A DNA stretch of 64,000 nt from Octopus sinensis (GCF_006345805.1 NC_043013.1:12028001-12092000), one strand, 5' to 3'. Counted from the stretch's first letter, positions 41,190 to 53,645 are shown. The notes: generated by a model from the letters alone, not told the origin. A program made the numbers and translations.

Positions 41190-41625
41190 TACATTTATTT
41201 GATTTAGCCACTTGAATGCAACCATGCCGGAGCACCACATTAAATGGTTTTAGTCGAAGAAATTGACCCTAGGACTTATTCTTTGTAACCCTAGTACTTA
41301 TTATGTGGGTCTCTCATGCAGAACCACTAGATTAAGGGGACGAAAGCACATCAGTATTGATTGCCAAGCGATGGTGGGTGGGGAAAACGATCATAGTCAC
41401 AGAGACACATAAATATATACATTTATTTATCTATATATATATATATATATATATATACGACGGGCCTCTTTCTGTTTCCGTCTACCAAATCCAATCACAA
41501 GGGTGTGGTCGGCCCGTGCCTATGTTAGAAGACACGTGTCCAAGATGCCAGGCAGTAAAACTGAACCTGGAAACATATGGTTGGGAAGCAAGATTCTTAC
41601 CACACGAATACACCGGCGCCTATAC
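41190..41625 (-). mobile_element. SINE family A, diverged full-length copy
   Basis: Collinear with 10190-10648. Confidence 0.85.
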
Positions 41626-41677
41626 ACACACACAACACACACACACACACGCACACATATTCTCATATATATATATG

Positions 41678-41716
<39 letters not shown>

Positions 41717-41732
41717 TATATATATGTAATAC

Positions 41733-41774
<42 letters not shown>

Positions 41775-42395
41775 CATAAATATATATATATTATAATATT
41801 ATTATATTCATATATATAATATTATATATATATAATATATATATATATATGTATGTATATGTATATACATATATGTATATACATATATATATATAATATA
41901 TACATATGCATATATATATATATTAATATATATGTGTGTGTGTGTATACATATACGTATACATATACATATATATACATATATATATGTGTGTGTGTGTG
42001 TGTATTAGCAAATGTATACGCGTAGGTTTCGTGAGGTCTTGTGTTGGTCCGTGTGAATGAGAAACTGCGCGCGTGCGTAGTGTTGGCGATTGTATGCGTC
42101 TTGTAATAGAATTATGTCAAAAATTATATTCTTGACTTCAACTTTGTTTACAGCTCCATTAAATTTAGTTTGGAAACTTGGTATCTATAAATCAATCAGG
42201 TGATAGATCGATAAACCATATAGATAGCTAGATAGATCGATTGATAGATAGACAGATAAATCGATAGATAGGTAGATACAGAAATGGATAAAAACATAGA
42301 CTGGTTGGTAGCTTCATAGCTACTATTACTGTACTCAGATATTTTGTTTTATAGATGCATACACACGCACACACACACACACACAACACACACAC

Positions 42396-42432
<37 letters not shown>

Positions 42433-42926
42433 AACACACATACGCACACACATACGCACATGCACAAGCGCGCGCATACGTACATACACATACACACGAG
42501 AGCACGGACGCACACATACGTATACGTACACACACATATACTTTCAGACATTTGAGCATGTACACACATACTCATCTCTGTGTGTGTGAGCATATATGTA
42601 TTCCTGTGTGCGCGACTAAGTATAACGTCAGTTCTAAAACCTAGAGTATTTTGCATGGTAACATTCCAACACATATATACATATACATATACGTAAATAA
42701 ACACACACATATATATATACACATCCACACATATATATGTTTGTGCGTGTGTGTTCGTGAGTGTGTACCTATGTGTGTGTGTGTGTATATATATATATAT
42801 CACTTTCATGCGAACACACAAGCATGCCTATACTATATGCACACATATGTTTCCCACGTGTATGTAAATATGCATGTATGTATATATATATATATTCATA
42901 TGTTTATAAATATATATATGCATATA

Positions 42927-42957
<31 letters not shown>

Positions 42958-43654
42958 GAATATATACATGCATGTATGTATATATATTACGTACGTATGT
43001 GCATGTATGTGTGCATGTGTGCACGCGATTTCGTCTCTGCATGTAACTGCTCTTTCTGATCATGTATATATAAATGTGCATATTTATATCAGAGGGCACA
43101 CTGGTATTCAACAGATATATATGTGTGTGTATGCGTGTGCGTGTATGTATGCATATATATAGATATATATAGATATATATACATACACAAATAGATATTT
43201 CTGTGTGTACTGTGTTTGTTGCTATGTGTGTCTGTGCATTTGTATAGGTGTGTATGTATATACATGTATGTATGTATGTATGTTTATATGAATGTATGTA
43301 TGTACGTATGTATGCATGCAGAAAAATATACAGTGAGACTCTGAAGAGAAAAATTGATCGAGAGCTAAAAAGAGATCGAGAGAGAAATAGATAAAAAGAT
43401 ACAAAGAAAGAGAGGCGGGCGAAAAAAGAGAGAGTGAGACAGAGAGACATAGAGAGACAGAGAGAAAGAGAGAAAGTGAGAGAGAGCTTCTAAGCAAAAA
43501 CAGAATGTGAAAGATCATGTTACCAACCATATAATTATTTATTTAATGGAAAAATGCTTTTTTTATTGCTATGCTTTATTATTCCATTTTAAAAGTAAAA
43601 TACAAACCTACGTTTTTAATATGGCATCTGTTATATTTTCCTTACTCTTCTTCT

Positions 43655-43990
43655 GTTTTTCTTTTACTTTCCTTTTCTTTTCACTGGTTTCAGCCAGAGG
43701 CTCTGATCTTGCTGGGGCGCCACCTTTAGTGTGAATGAGTTTTATTCCAGATTCTTTACCAGGCCCTCTCTTCGGAACTGTTTCTGGTAAACTAGCGTGT
43801 TGAATAGAGCTACTCATGTTTATGTCCTTTGTTACGATGAGGGTTCATTTGCTACCATAGATAAAAATTTGTTGAATTTTTTTTTTGTAAACTGAACCAC
43901 ATCTACACTTTCCAGATCTCTGACGTTGCTTGGCAAAGTACTGAAAATCTGTAGGCCATTGGGTCCTAATCTGTTACAGTACTTGGTCTT
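43655..43990 (-). mobile_element. CR1/L2-like LINE 3' end with 3' UTR and tail
   Basis: KTKYCNRLGPNGLQIFSTLPSNVRDLESVDVVQFTKK..KFLSMVANEP; tail taaaggtggcgccccagcaag...gctgaaaccagtgaaaagaaaaggaaagtaaaag. Confidence 0.75.
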
Positions 43991-44151
43991 TACTGTAGAT
44001 AGAAGGAAGTGAATATTTGGTACTATGCAATGCTGCTCGTTGCGTTAGTTTGTACAACTTTCAGTCCCAATGTTTGAAGCTAGAGCTTATAGAATTTCTC
44101 ATGTATACACACACACAAACACAAACACACACACAAACACACACACACACA

Positions 44152-44347
44152 TACGAAGGGGTGCTGAAAGTACCTGGCTTTGATTGTATTGCGGAAGGCC
44201 TGGCTGGAAGTCCAACCTTCCGAGTACAGACTGAAGGACCGCTGAAACAAGCGTGCGAATCCGAAAGGGGAGTATATTGAATAGCAGCATAATCAACTAA
44301 TCCTCTGGTATTTCCTTTAACCAGGTACTTTTCAGGCCCTCCTTGTA
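44152..44347. mobile_element. Mariner-type MITE (196 bp) with TA ends
   Basis: Left TA-cgaaggggtgctgaaagtacctgg; right ccaggtacttttcaggccctccttg-TA. Confidence 0.85.
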
Positions 44348-44563
44348 TATACGTACATACATACATACATACATGATGGCTGCCCCCTCGTTATCGAGTA
44401 TGGCTATTACATACATACAGAAGGAATTACAAAGGGAGAGTATGAGTTTTGAATCAATACTGTATGTTTTACCTGAATAAATAATACTTCTTATTTCTTT
44501 TTCTATCAATGCGTTTATCTAAATCTTACTTGTGACCTGATAAGCGCTTGTTTTCTTTCACAG

Positions 44564-44604
44564 ATTATTCTTACGCAATTTATAGCGTGATGAATGAGGA
44601 AAAG
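44564..44604 (+). CDS. Candidate 41-nt internal exon (phase 1 to 0), xYSYAIYSVMNEEK; product unknown
   Basis: Branch-like ctgat, then ttgttttctttcacag| acceptor and AAG|gtaaat donor; one open frame. Confidence 0.35.
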
Positions 44605-44885
44605 GTAAATGATTGATATATCTCACTCAAAGCAACCCTGAAAGTAGCTGATTACATTTTATTATATTTTTTCTTTGAAAAATGAAATAATAACAGAATT
44701 GACCTGAATGCAAAGGGAATGGGTAGAGAGAAGAAAGAGACAGAATATGAATGTTTTTCAAAAGCTTAATCCGGTCTATATGGTATATAAATGTCTGAGA
44801 TTACAGCACTTACCTCGTCTCGCCTAAACGGGATTCCGTTCAGTCACAAGGTGAACTTCTTAGCTTTTGCTGAATCTTCTTCATA

Positions 44886-45000
44886 GCTGAGTAAACAGGA
44901 GTAACGTGAAATGAAATGTGTTGCTTAAGAACGCTTCGCATTTCTTGTTCCGGAAAACGAAACCACAACCTTACGATTGAGGGAGTAATACTCTGACCAT
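44886..45000 (-). mobile_element. CORE-like SINE fragment
   Basis: gctgagtaaacaggagtaacgtgaaatgaaatgtgttgcttaagaac is the reverse complement of the 40904 core. Confidence 0.65.
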
Positions 45001-45059
45001 TAGGTCATAAGCCTTCAGTGAAATATGAATTGTCAGAGTAGATTTCATGTACGAACACT

Positions 45060-45587
45060 TCACCGTCTATTTTTCTTTATGCATCATCAAAATCGTCATT
45101 GGCGTCAGCTTGGAAGCAAGATCTTTTACCAAATTACATCTAGTCACTAACGATATATATGGAAGCTATGAGGTTGACCAGGATATCCAGAATGCTCTTA
45201 CATTCGTTTCTTCAGTCACCTGGATCGATAATGTATAAGTGTGCTTTGGAAAACAGCTTGGATCTTGATTTAGAAACGATCTTCCATGAACCATCTTGTA
45301 ATTCGATAATTTCTTCGTCGTCTGGTGGATCACATGCTCTGAGAAAAACTGAATGCGAACAGAAATAATCTTCAGATTCAAAGAAAAGAAGAAAAGGGAT
45401 ATAAAAATGTACTACTACATGTATGGTACTGAAAAGGCCGATAGGTGTGTTGATAGGGAGAAGTGTAAAGATGTTGGCAGATAGATTTTTCATTATTGGA
45501 ACACATGACTGCAACGAGAAGCAGCGTGAATTTTCGTTCACTAATTTGATGTGGAGTCCACACACATTTTCCGAATGTTGTGGTTAA
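45060..45587 (+). mobile_element. Possible decayed piggyBac-like 3' relic
   Basis: Frameshifted FFMHH...PNYI..IYM..EVDQDIQN..W; FLRRLVDHML; Cys-containing tail; ends gtgg|TTAA (45584-87). Similarity is weak. Confidence 0.35.
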
Positions 45588-45649
45588 TTAATACACAAAC
45601 TGCGATGTGCTTTTAATATATACGATAAATGATCCTGTCTACTAAAGAA

Positions 45650-45840
45650 ACAGAGACTAAAATTTGTGGGGAGGGAGCTAGTCAATTATAAGGATACTAG
45701 CGTTCAACTGGTTCTTATTTTATCGAAACCCGAAAAAATGGAAGGATGACTTCAGTGGAATTTGACCACCGATTAAAAAGCCGGAAAAAACAATGTTACG
45801 TATCTTGTCCGGCGTGTTAACGCGTCTGCCAGCACTCTGC
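45650..45840 (-). mobile_element. SINE family B copy
   Basis: aactggttcttattttatcgaaacccg...gtggaatttgac...ccggcgtgttaacgcgtctgccagc. Confidence 0.65.
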
Positions 45841-46354
45841 TTTAATTCTCTTACTTGTATAATTATCCTTATATAACAATCTAGGGTCGGTTCGTAAGTG
45901 AAGTGAGAGGTTACATACGTGAGGAAAGCATATTTGTTTAAAGAAATGTTGAATATTGTATTTACAAATTTTAATATGATGTATGATTCAATATTAATTT
46001 GGTTAACAGAATTTTAATAAATGCCTTTTTATTGATTATTTGTAAACGGAAAGATGTGCCCTTTACGGAAGCATATATTAAAAACAAAATATACATTCAT
46101 ACATAAACAAACAATATATAAATACATAGACATACATACATAATATATTATAGGGATATAGAAACTCGTATGCGTTTACATACATGCACATAAACACACA
46201 TTCACGCATATATATACATGCTTATATATATATAAGGCATATACATACACATATATATAATATATAGTACACATATACATATAGGCATACATAAATATAT
46301 ATTCTTCTATATGTATGTAAGCATATGTATATGTGTATGAGTCCACATATGTAT

Positions 46355-46460
46355 ATATATATATAAAGTTAATCCAAACAAGAAAACAAAAAAGACAACA
46401 ACGCAAGGAGGTGGAACAATTAAAGTATTATTAGGCGCTCAGGAAAAAAGGGAAGAAGGA
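46355..46460 (-). mobile_element. PLE-type terminal fragment (same family as 37340-37430) between (AT)n tracts
   Basis: Minus strand: ttcctgagcgcctaataatactttaattgttccacctccttgcgttgttgtc...ttgtttggattaact. Confidence 0.7.
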
Positions 46461-46515
46461 GATATATATATATATACACCATACATCTAAAACAGATATG
46501 TTTTCACTTTACCAG

Positions 46516-46530
46516 TGAATGATCACAAAG
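46516..46530 (+). CDS. Candidate 15-nt microexon (phase 1 to 1), xNDHKx
   Basis: ttttcactttaccag|TGAATGATCACAAAG|gtaaga; both sites strong, frame-preserving. Confidence 0.25.
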
Positions 46531-47519
46531 GTAAGAAAGTACGTCATCTGTCTTTATTCTACACACATTTTCATAGCAATATGTACATATACATACATAA
46601 ACATATATATATATACGTAGATATATAAGCTAACATTAAGTGAGCACAGAAGGTTTAAAATGAGAAAACTTAGAGCTTTCCACATCTGTGTGTTGTTTTA
46701 CATCTTTTTTCTTCTGTTTCACTTTCTTTCTATTTTTTTTTCCTTACTTTCAACGTGTGTCTCTCAGACTATGTATGCATATGCACTTAGTTTAAAATAT
46801 GCAAATATATTCTTTGATCAACCTTAGGTTAATCATCATTTAATTAATTGTTTAACTGTTTAATAACATCTAAACATAGCCGCAAAGAAAAAAGTCCACC
46901 ATTACAGCACATTTTACAAATTTATACGAATTTAAAAAAATAATATTAAAAATCCATATTCTTTTAATAGATTTTCATAATATTATATTTTTTTTATATT
47001 CAGCCGTCTTTAATTATTTGCATTAATTTTATTTTGTAAAAAAAACAACAAATGTTTCTGCTCTTAATTCTTTTTTTTTTTTTATCAATTATATATTTTT
47101 TATAAATTTCATTTATTAACAATTTCTATTTAATAAAAACAAATTATTTTTTAAAAATTTTGTTCAATATTGTTTTATTTTTCGTTTTCGTATTTTATTT
47201 TATATTTATCCTTATTGTTGTTGTTATTGTTTCGCTGTTTTTGTTTTTTTTTTTTTTTGTTTTTTTTGTTTTTTGTTTTTGTTTTTCTTTTGTACCAATA
47301 TCTGCTCTGTAATCAATGTTTTCTGTGTAGTTATTGTGGGAAAAATATTCCTGAAGATGGTTTGAATCGAAGAAGAGTGTTTTGATAAATTGAATGTCAT
47401 ATTTTGAAGCGTTGTTTTTTTTTTTAAAAGAAAAAAAACACATACTGTTGCAGCTGCTGCTGATATAGTTGCTGGTGGTGGTGTCGGTGGCGACGAGGAC
47501 GGATGCGGTGATGACAACG

Positions 47520-49283
47520 ATGATGATGATGATGATATTAACAATGATACTAGTGTTACTAACATTAACTGTAATAAGTATACGACAAAGAAGAAGAAGA
47601 AGAAGAAGAAGAAGAGGACGAAGAAGAGGAGGAGGAAGAGGAAGAAGAAGGGGAGGATGAAGAAGAAGAAGGAGAAGGAGAAGAAAAGAAGAAGAAGAAG
47701 AAGAAGGAGAAGAAGAAGGAGAGAGGAAGAAGAGGAGAAGAAGAAAAGAGGACGAATAAGAGGAGGAAGGAAATAGGAAGAAGAAGGGGAGGATGAAGAA
47801 GAAGAAGAGAAGGAGAAAAAGAAGAAAAGAAGAAGAAAAGAAGAAAAGAGGAAGAAGAAGGAAGAGAAAGAGGAGAAGAAGGAGAAGAAAAGAAGAAGAA
47901 GAAGAAGAAGAAGAAAGAGGAAGAAGAACAAGAAGAAGAAGAACAAGAAAGAGAAAGAAGAAGAAGAAGAAGAAGAAGAAGAAGAAGAAGGAGAAGAGAA
48001 AGAAGTGGAAGGAGAAGAGAAAGAAGTGGAAGAAGAACATCAATAACAACAACAACACGGATCTGATGATGATGATGATGATGATGATGATGGTGATTTC
48101 TCCTATTTGCCACGGCGGTCTCAGATCGGCAGTAATACCAACGATAATACTAGCGATAGAATGAATAATGATGGCTGTGGTCAAAACACCGTTAGTGATA
48201 TTTCCCCTGGCTATGCCGACAGCGTTTCTCATTCACGTGATGGTGATGAGAGTGTTGACGATCATGTTCATGATGATCATGATGACGACGACGGTGATGA
48301 TGATGAGGAGGAGGAGGTGGACTTGGAAGTAAGTTACTTGAAGGCAGTGCCGATAAAGAAGATGGCGACGTTGTTAATATTGTTGATGCTGGTTTAGTGA
48401 TGACGAAACTGTTCAGAATGATGCTGGTATTTATCTGGATGATGACAGCAGAGACGATGATAATATAGTTGGTGATGAATGATTGGGGAGATAGCGATAA
48501 TGGTGATGGAGATGGTGATAATAGCGATGATATAGAATAAGATTTTATAGAAAGATTATCACTTTTAGCCTTTGTTTACGTGCGCGATGTGCAGCCAAAG
48601 GATGACGCTGACAGGCGGAATATATAATTATGGAAAACAAGAACGAGACTATGGCGTCGATAACGATGACGATGACGACGACGACGACGACGATAATGAT
48701 GGAGTAGAAAATGAAGAAGAAGAGAAAAGAAGAAATGAAAAGAAGAAGAAGAAGAAGAAGAAGAAGAAGAAGAAGGAGAGGGAAAGAGATGGAGGAGGAG
48801 GAAAAAAGAAGAAGAAGAAGAAGAAGAAGAAGAAGAAAATGAAGATGAGAAGGAGGAAAAGGAGGAGAAAGAGATGAGGCCTAGAAGGAAGAAGAACAAG
48901 AAAAAAGTTGAAAAAGACGGAGAAAAGAAGGAGAAAAGGAGAAAAAGGAAAGAGGAAAATAAAGAATAGGAAAAGAAAGAAAAGAAGATGAAGAAGAAAG
49001 AAAGAAAACGCGGAAGAAGAAAAGAAGTAGAGGAGAAATGGTAGAGAAAAAGAGGTGTAGGAACGGGTGGGTGGATGATGAGAAAAAAGAAAGTGAAGAA
49101 TAAGGAGTAGAAAGAAGAAGAAGCTGAAGAAGAAAAGGAGAGAAAGGAAAGGTGAGGAAAGACGGAAGAGATGGATGGAAGAAGAAAAGAAAAAAATGAG
49201 GAGGAGGGGAGGATGAGAAGGAGGAAGGGGAGTATGTAGGTTGGAAAGAAACGATTAATCTTTGACCGCCCAACGTTAACCAA

Positions 49284-49312
<29 letters not shown>
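47520..49312 (+). repeat. Compound purine-rich (GAA/GAG/GAT)n tract ending in (AAT)n
   Basis: Direct and degenerate triplet repeats; source of the poly-K/R/E/F/S ORFs. Confidence 0.9.
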
Positions 49313-49315
<3 letters not shown>

Positions 49316-49319
49316 CATC

Positions 49320-49715
49320 TGTAGGCATGCCAGAAAAGCAGGGCTTCTGAAATTACGCATTAGAAGTTATGCTAGCATTGTAAATTCCTGCAGAAAAAAA
49401 ATAATGATGATGCAAATATAGAAGAAAAAAATGTTCTTTAAATGACAAGTGATTCTACTCTTGATACGCCGATCCACACAGACAGAGAATGCACGTTTAA
49501 TCGAACTGATATTGTTCTCAAGGACCGACATTAAAGGAAGTGCTTTCTAATGAATGTATCTGTCGCAACAGACGATATCAATTATAAAGCGAAATTATGA
49601 ATTGGAAACAGAATTCCTTTAATAATAACAAGTAACTTGGTAAAAAAAAAATTAAAAAGCTGATTAATAAATATACAGTTAAAACGTCCAGAAATTGCAT
49701 ATATGCTCAAAGTGC
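49320..49715 (+). mobile_element. R4/Dong-like RLE-domain relic
   Basis: DTPIHTDRECTFNRTDIVLKDRH*RKCFLMNVS resembles WD.PIHTDREI..NRPDIV.KD....CFLIDVS; starts just after (AAT)n. Confidence 0.7.
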
Positions 49716-49720
49716 ATGGT

Positions 49721-50020
49721 GGCGGCGCCATGGCCCAGTGGTTAGGTTAGCGGACTCGCGTTCGGAGGATCGCGGTTTCGATTCCCAGACCGAACGTTGT
49801 GTGTGCTTATTGACTGAAAACACCTAAAAGCTACACGAAGCTCCGACTGGGGGTGGTGGTGACCCTTGTTGTACTCTTTCGCCACAACTTTCTCTCACTC
49901 TCTCTTCCAGTTTCTTGAGTAACGCTGCGATGTACTGGCGTCCGGTCCAGCTGGGGGGAACACATACGCCACAGAAACCGGGAAACCGGGGCCATGAGCC
50001 TCGCTAGGCTTGAAAAGGGC
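49721..50020 (+). mobile_element. tRNA-derived SINE family C (tail variant 2)
   Basis: A box tggcccagtgg (49731-41), B box gtttcgattcc (49775-85); body as 37722-38031, tail as 41046-41145. Confidence 0.9.
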
Positions 50021-50109
50021 GAAGTTTATCGTTTATCAAAGTGCAGGAAGACAGTAATACATGGCACTGCGTACACATATACACATACACCCTCACACAC
50101 ACACTCATA

Positions 50110-50300
50110 CATACCCATACTCGCACGTTATATATGGCTACGTGGTTAAGAAACTGGCTTTGCAGCCCTGTGGATTCACGTTCTTTTTCCCACTATGGCA
50201 TGTTGGGAAAGCGTCTTTTACTATAGCCCCAAGCCGAATAATGCCATTTTTAGTGAAATCGAAAAACTCGTGATAGCTGTATGTATGACGAAATGCTTGG
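50110..50300 (+). mobile_element. Degenerate SINE family A fragment
   Basis: atggctacgtggttaag...gggaaagcgtcttttactatagcccc. Confidence 0.55.
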
Positions 50301-50354
50301 ACCACAAGAACATAGAAATACCAGATACTGTAGATTGTACGCTTTTGATATTGT

Positions 50355-51938
50355 TGTAGCGTAGTTCGTTACGTACAATAAACCAGACAACGATAACAAC
50401 AATATAACGAACTAACAAATCTCTTTACGAACCAATAATCAATATTTCTTCTGAACTAACCAACCGACACCTTCCAACGTCACTGCGAACTAACACGAAC
50501 TTCTCTCGACTCTGAACTCTGAAACCTCGAACTCACTCGGATCGTTACTATTCATACTTTACTCGGACCAATCTAGTTCTCGCAAGAGGGCGTCGTAACT
50601 CTCATCACATCATTTCCACTTTTGAGATTTCAACTAAAGTGAGAAAGTGAAATTTCTTTTATTTTTTCTTTCCAGCACTTTTCCCACTTTTTTTTATAGC
50701 TGTTGTATCTTAATTGTTGCGCGACTTTTAAAGTAGTATTGTTCGTTGCACACAGCAATTTTTCTCTTCGTTGCACTAAGCACTCCTTTGGGGAGGGATT
50801 TAATATATTTTAGGTTTAGGTATTACCTCCAGATATTCAGTCTGTTTTCGTTTTCCGAAGCTAGTTCTACAGGGTTCAATATCTCTCGGTGCTGTCACTT
50901 CAAACATATCATAGAAGACTTCCATTGGTATTACCCTTCGTTCTTCTGTATGTCTGATCTTTAACTGGTTAAGATGTCTCCTATGTTCCCAACGTTGTCC
51001 TTCAATTAAATACATCACGTTACCTAATCTTTTGATTACACAACCATCCCCCAACCTTCTTTACCATTTTTGTAATTTTAAAATGGAACTCGATATGTTT
51101 TGCAATATTTCCTGTATTTCCTTCAAATGTATCTTTTGTCTTACCTTTATATGTATTTTTTCCTAGCAATAATTTATCGAAGATCGATTTTATGCGCGAT
51201 CATTAAGTCTGCTGGTGACTTGCTTGAATTGGTATTTGGATTTGACGTCATTCTGTATGCTTTCCAAACGTTCGTTATTATCATTGGGTTGTTTGGGCAA
51301 TATGAATTTACAATAACTTTCATGCCCTAACGTAGATAATTTTCGCAATAACCATTTCACTCTGTTCCTCCAACCATGGTTTGCAATCTTGCTTAAAAAC
51401 CTCCTCTTACCTTCTTTACTACGATGTAAAAGTTATACCCTCCTCTGGGTTATAACTAATTCTTTAATCGAGTTCGAAACTCCGTCTGGCGAAAACGAAC
51501 TTACCTCATTTTTTAAACTTCTTTGAATATAGCTCCAATAATTCTTGTAGTAGTTGTTGTTGCAACTGTACAATGAAACCTAATAGGTTTTCCATTATTT
51601 AACAACTTGTATCGCCAACGAACTGTTAAATAACCTACGTGAGTTTCGAAACCCTCGTTGCTAGATGTAGTAACGTAGTTTATTACGTACAATAAATAAG
51701 ATAACCAGACAACGGTAACAACAACTTAACGAACTAACAAATCTTTTTGCGAACCAACAATCAGTATTCCTTGTGAACTAACAGACAATTTCCGACTTCA
51801 CTGCGAACTAACACGGAATTCACTCAACTCAAAATTCTGAACTCTTGAACTCACTCGGATCGATACTATTTATACTTTATTCAGACCAGTCTATCTCTCG
51901 GAAGGGTTCTATCTCATGCAAGGTAACTCTCTTTCACA
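50355..51938 (-). mobile_element. Internally deleted Gypsy-type LTR retrotransposon (LTRs 50355-50609 and 51666-51938)
   Basis: Diverged direct repeats bounded by TG..CA; PBS-like tagcaacgagg next to the 5' LTR; purine tract aaaagtggaaatga before the 3' LTR; gag-like YNPEEGITF...LLRKLST..HESYCKFILPKQP joined to integrase C-terminal KSPADLM...IKRLGNVMYL...RHLNQL. Confidence 0.88.
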
Positions 51939-52529
51939 ATAAACAAATAAATTGAACCAAGTCATGTTCCTTGAAACATTTCTACTGTTTCAAAATTAAC
52001 AGTCGAAAGTGGAAGGTTTTATATAATTCGCTTCGCAACTATGGTGTCCGGAAAACCATTCCCTTGCGTAGTATTTTGGGCATGTATCTGTACATTAACA
52101 TCAGCTTCAGGAGTCAAAATAGGTGGATGGTGTCTGCGAAGAAACCTGCCGGATAGACTATACTAATGATCCCAAGGGTTCTTAGTTGACAGTACGTAAA
52201 GGGTACACCTACTGCGGACAATTCAACCACTTTGCGCAGTAATTCAGTGAGTTGGTCAAACAACGGGACGATCGACCATCAAAATCGGTAGCAAGATTCA
52301 TTACATATACACAATATATACACACATACATATGCACATACACACACACACAAGATATATGCATATATACATATACATATGCATACACACAGACACACAG
52401 ACACAGACACACACACACACACACACACATACAAACACATATGCACACATGCGCCAGTCCCCCTTTCGAACAATGGGGAACTTTGGTCAGTACATTTAGC
52501 CAGCAGGTTGGCTTTATCCGAAGGTTAAA

Positions 52530-52720
52530 ACCATGCAAAGTGCATTGTCACCAACATCTGATAGCATGGTCTGGTCCACCTCTACAAAGTTTCGGGTTCA
52601 ATCCCACTGCAAGGCAGTTTATGTCAGTGCTTTCACCACAGCTTCTGCTTTTATAAACACTTTGTGAGTGACATCTGATGAATAAACCTACGTAGAAAGT
52701 ATTTGTGGGGTTTGTAAACA
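52530..52720 (+). mobile_element. Degenerate SINE family A fragment
   Basis: tttcgggttcaatcccactgcaaggcagttt...cactttgtgagtgac. Confidence 0.5.
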
Positions 52721-53352
52721 TAACCCCCTGTCCTGTTTACAAACAATTTCATGGTTCACGGTTGACTTTAGTTCGGTTCCATTGTTTTGTAACCACTCGG
52801 TTTAAATTTCCTTCTGAGACTAATTTTCTGACTTTAAGCCTATCCATCACAGAAACCATAAAAACAGGTCCTCTGCACTACTTTTTCCTATCTGTGACTA
52901 AACCACAAAAGCATTTTCATTCTGTTTTTTTTTTCAATAGCAAAACAACCAAAAACAATAAACACTAGTCACAACATTTTATTAGCTTCCTTTTATTTCT
53001 AGATATACACGAAATTATTTCCAACAAAATCCATGCATGCATTTCGGATGAAGAGCTCTGCCTGGAATGTCAGAACTCAACTCTCCACGCAGAACACAAA
53101 CGAATTATTTTACAAATATTATTAATCGTTCATATTCTTTCCTATTTTTTATTGTTGTACATTTTCTTTTTCTGCAACAAATACAGGAATTTTACAAACT
53201 ATTTTTATTTTTATTTTTAATTTAAATTTAATTTTATTTATTATTATTTTTTTTTGAGGGGGAAGCGAAATAAATATAATTGCTGTTAGTTTCTTTCTGT
53301 CACATTTTTGTATTATTTATTGTTCTTAACATCATCATCATCATCATCGTTG

Positions 53353-53396
<44 letters not shown>

Positions 53397-53604
53397 GTCA
53401 TCGTCGTCGTCATCATCATGTTTCTTTCGTATAATTATACTTATATTGATTTTTCTTATTTTTGATGAAAATATATATATATATTATATATATATATATA
53501 CATACATGCAAACATAAACATCCAAATGCACACACACGCATACACGCACAGACACACACACGCGCGCGCGCACACGAAAACACATATATATATGCATAAA
53601 TATT

Positions 53605-53645
<41 letters not shown>

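Noticed and set aside
43608-43817. Lys-rich protein-like minus-strand ORF
   Set aside because: It overlaps the LINE 3' end and its purine-rich tail.
45212-45565. Minus-strand ORF and apparent exon ACDPPDDEEIIELQDGSWKIV...
   Set aside because: No recognisable domain; better explained as antisense of a piggyBac-like relic. A Polinton-protease resemblance was too weak to keep.
46790-47170. Possible mitochondrial insertion (very AT-rich)
   Set aside because: No mitochondrial gene, rRNA or tRNA motif could be recognised.
48107-48397. Acidic ORF with possible 204-nt exon (48125-48328, GAA|gtaagt)
   Set aside because: It lies in a decayed (GAT)n tract where that frame is open by construction, and the acceptor is mediocre.
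40904-49800. tRNA gene calls for the A/B-box heads at 40904, 49721 and 38031(-)
   Set aside because: No complete cloverleaf, and each continues into SINE body and tail sequence.
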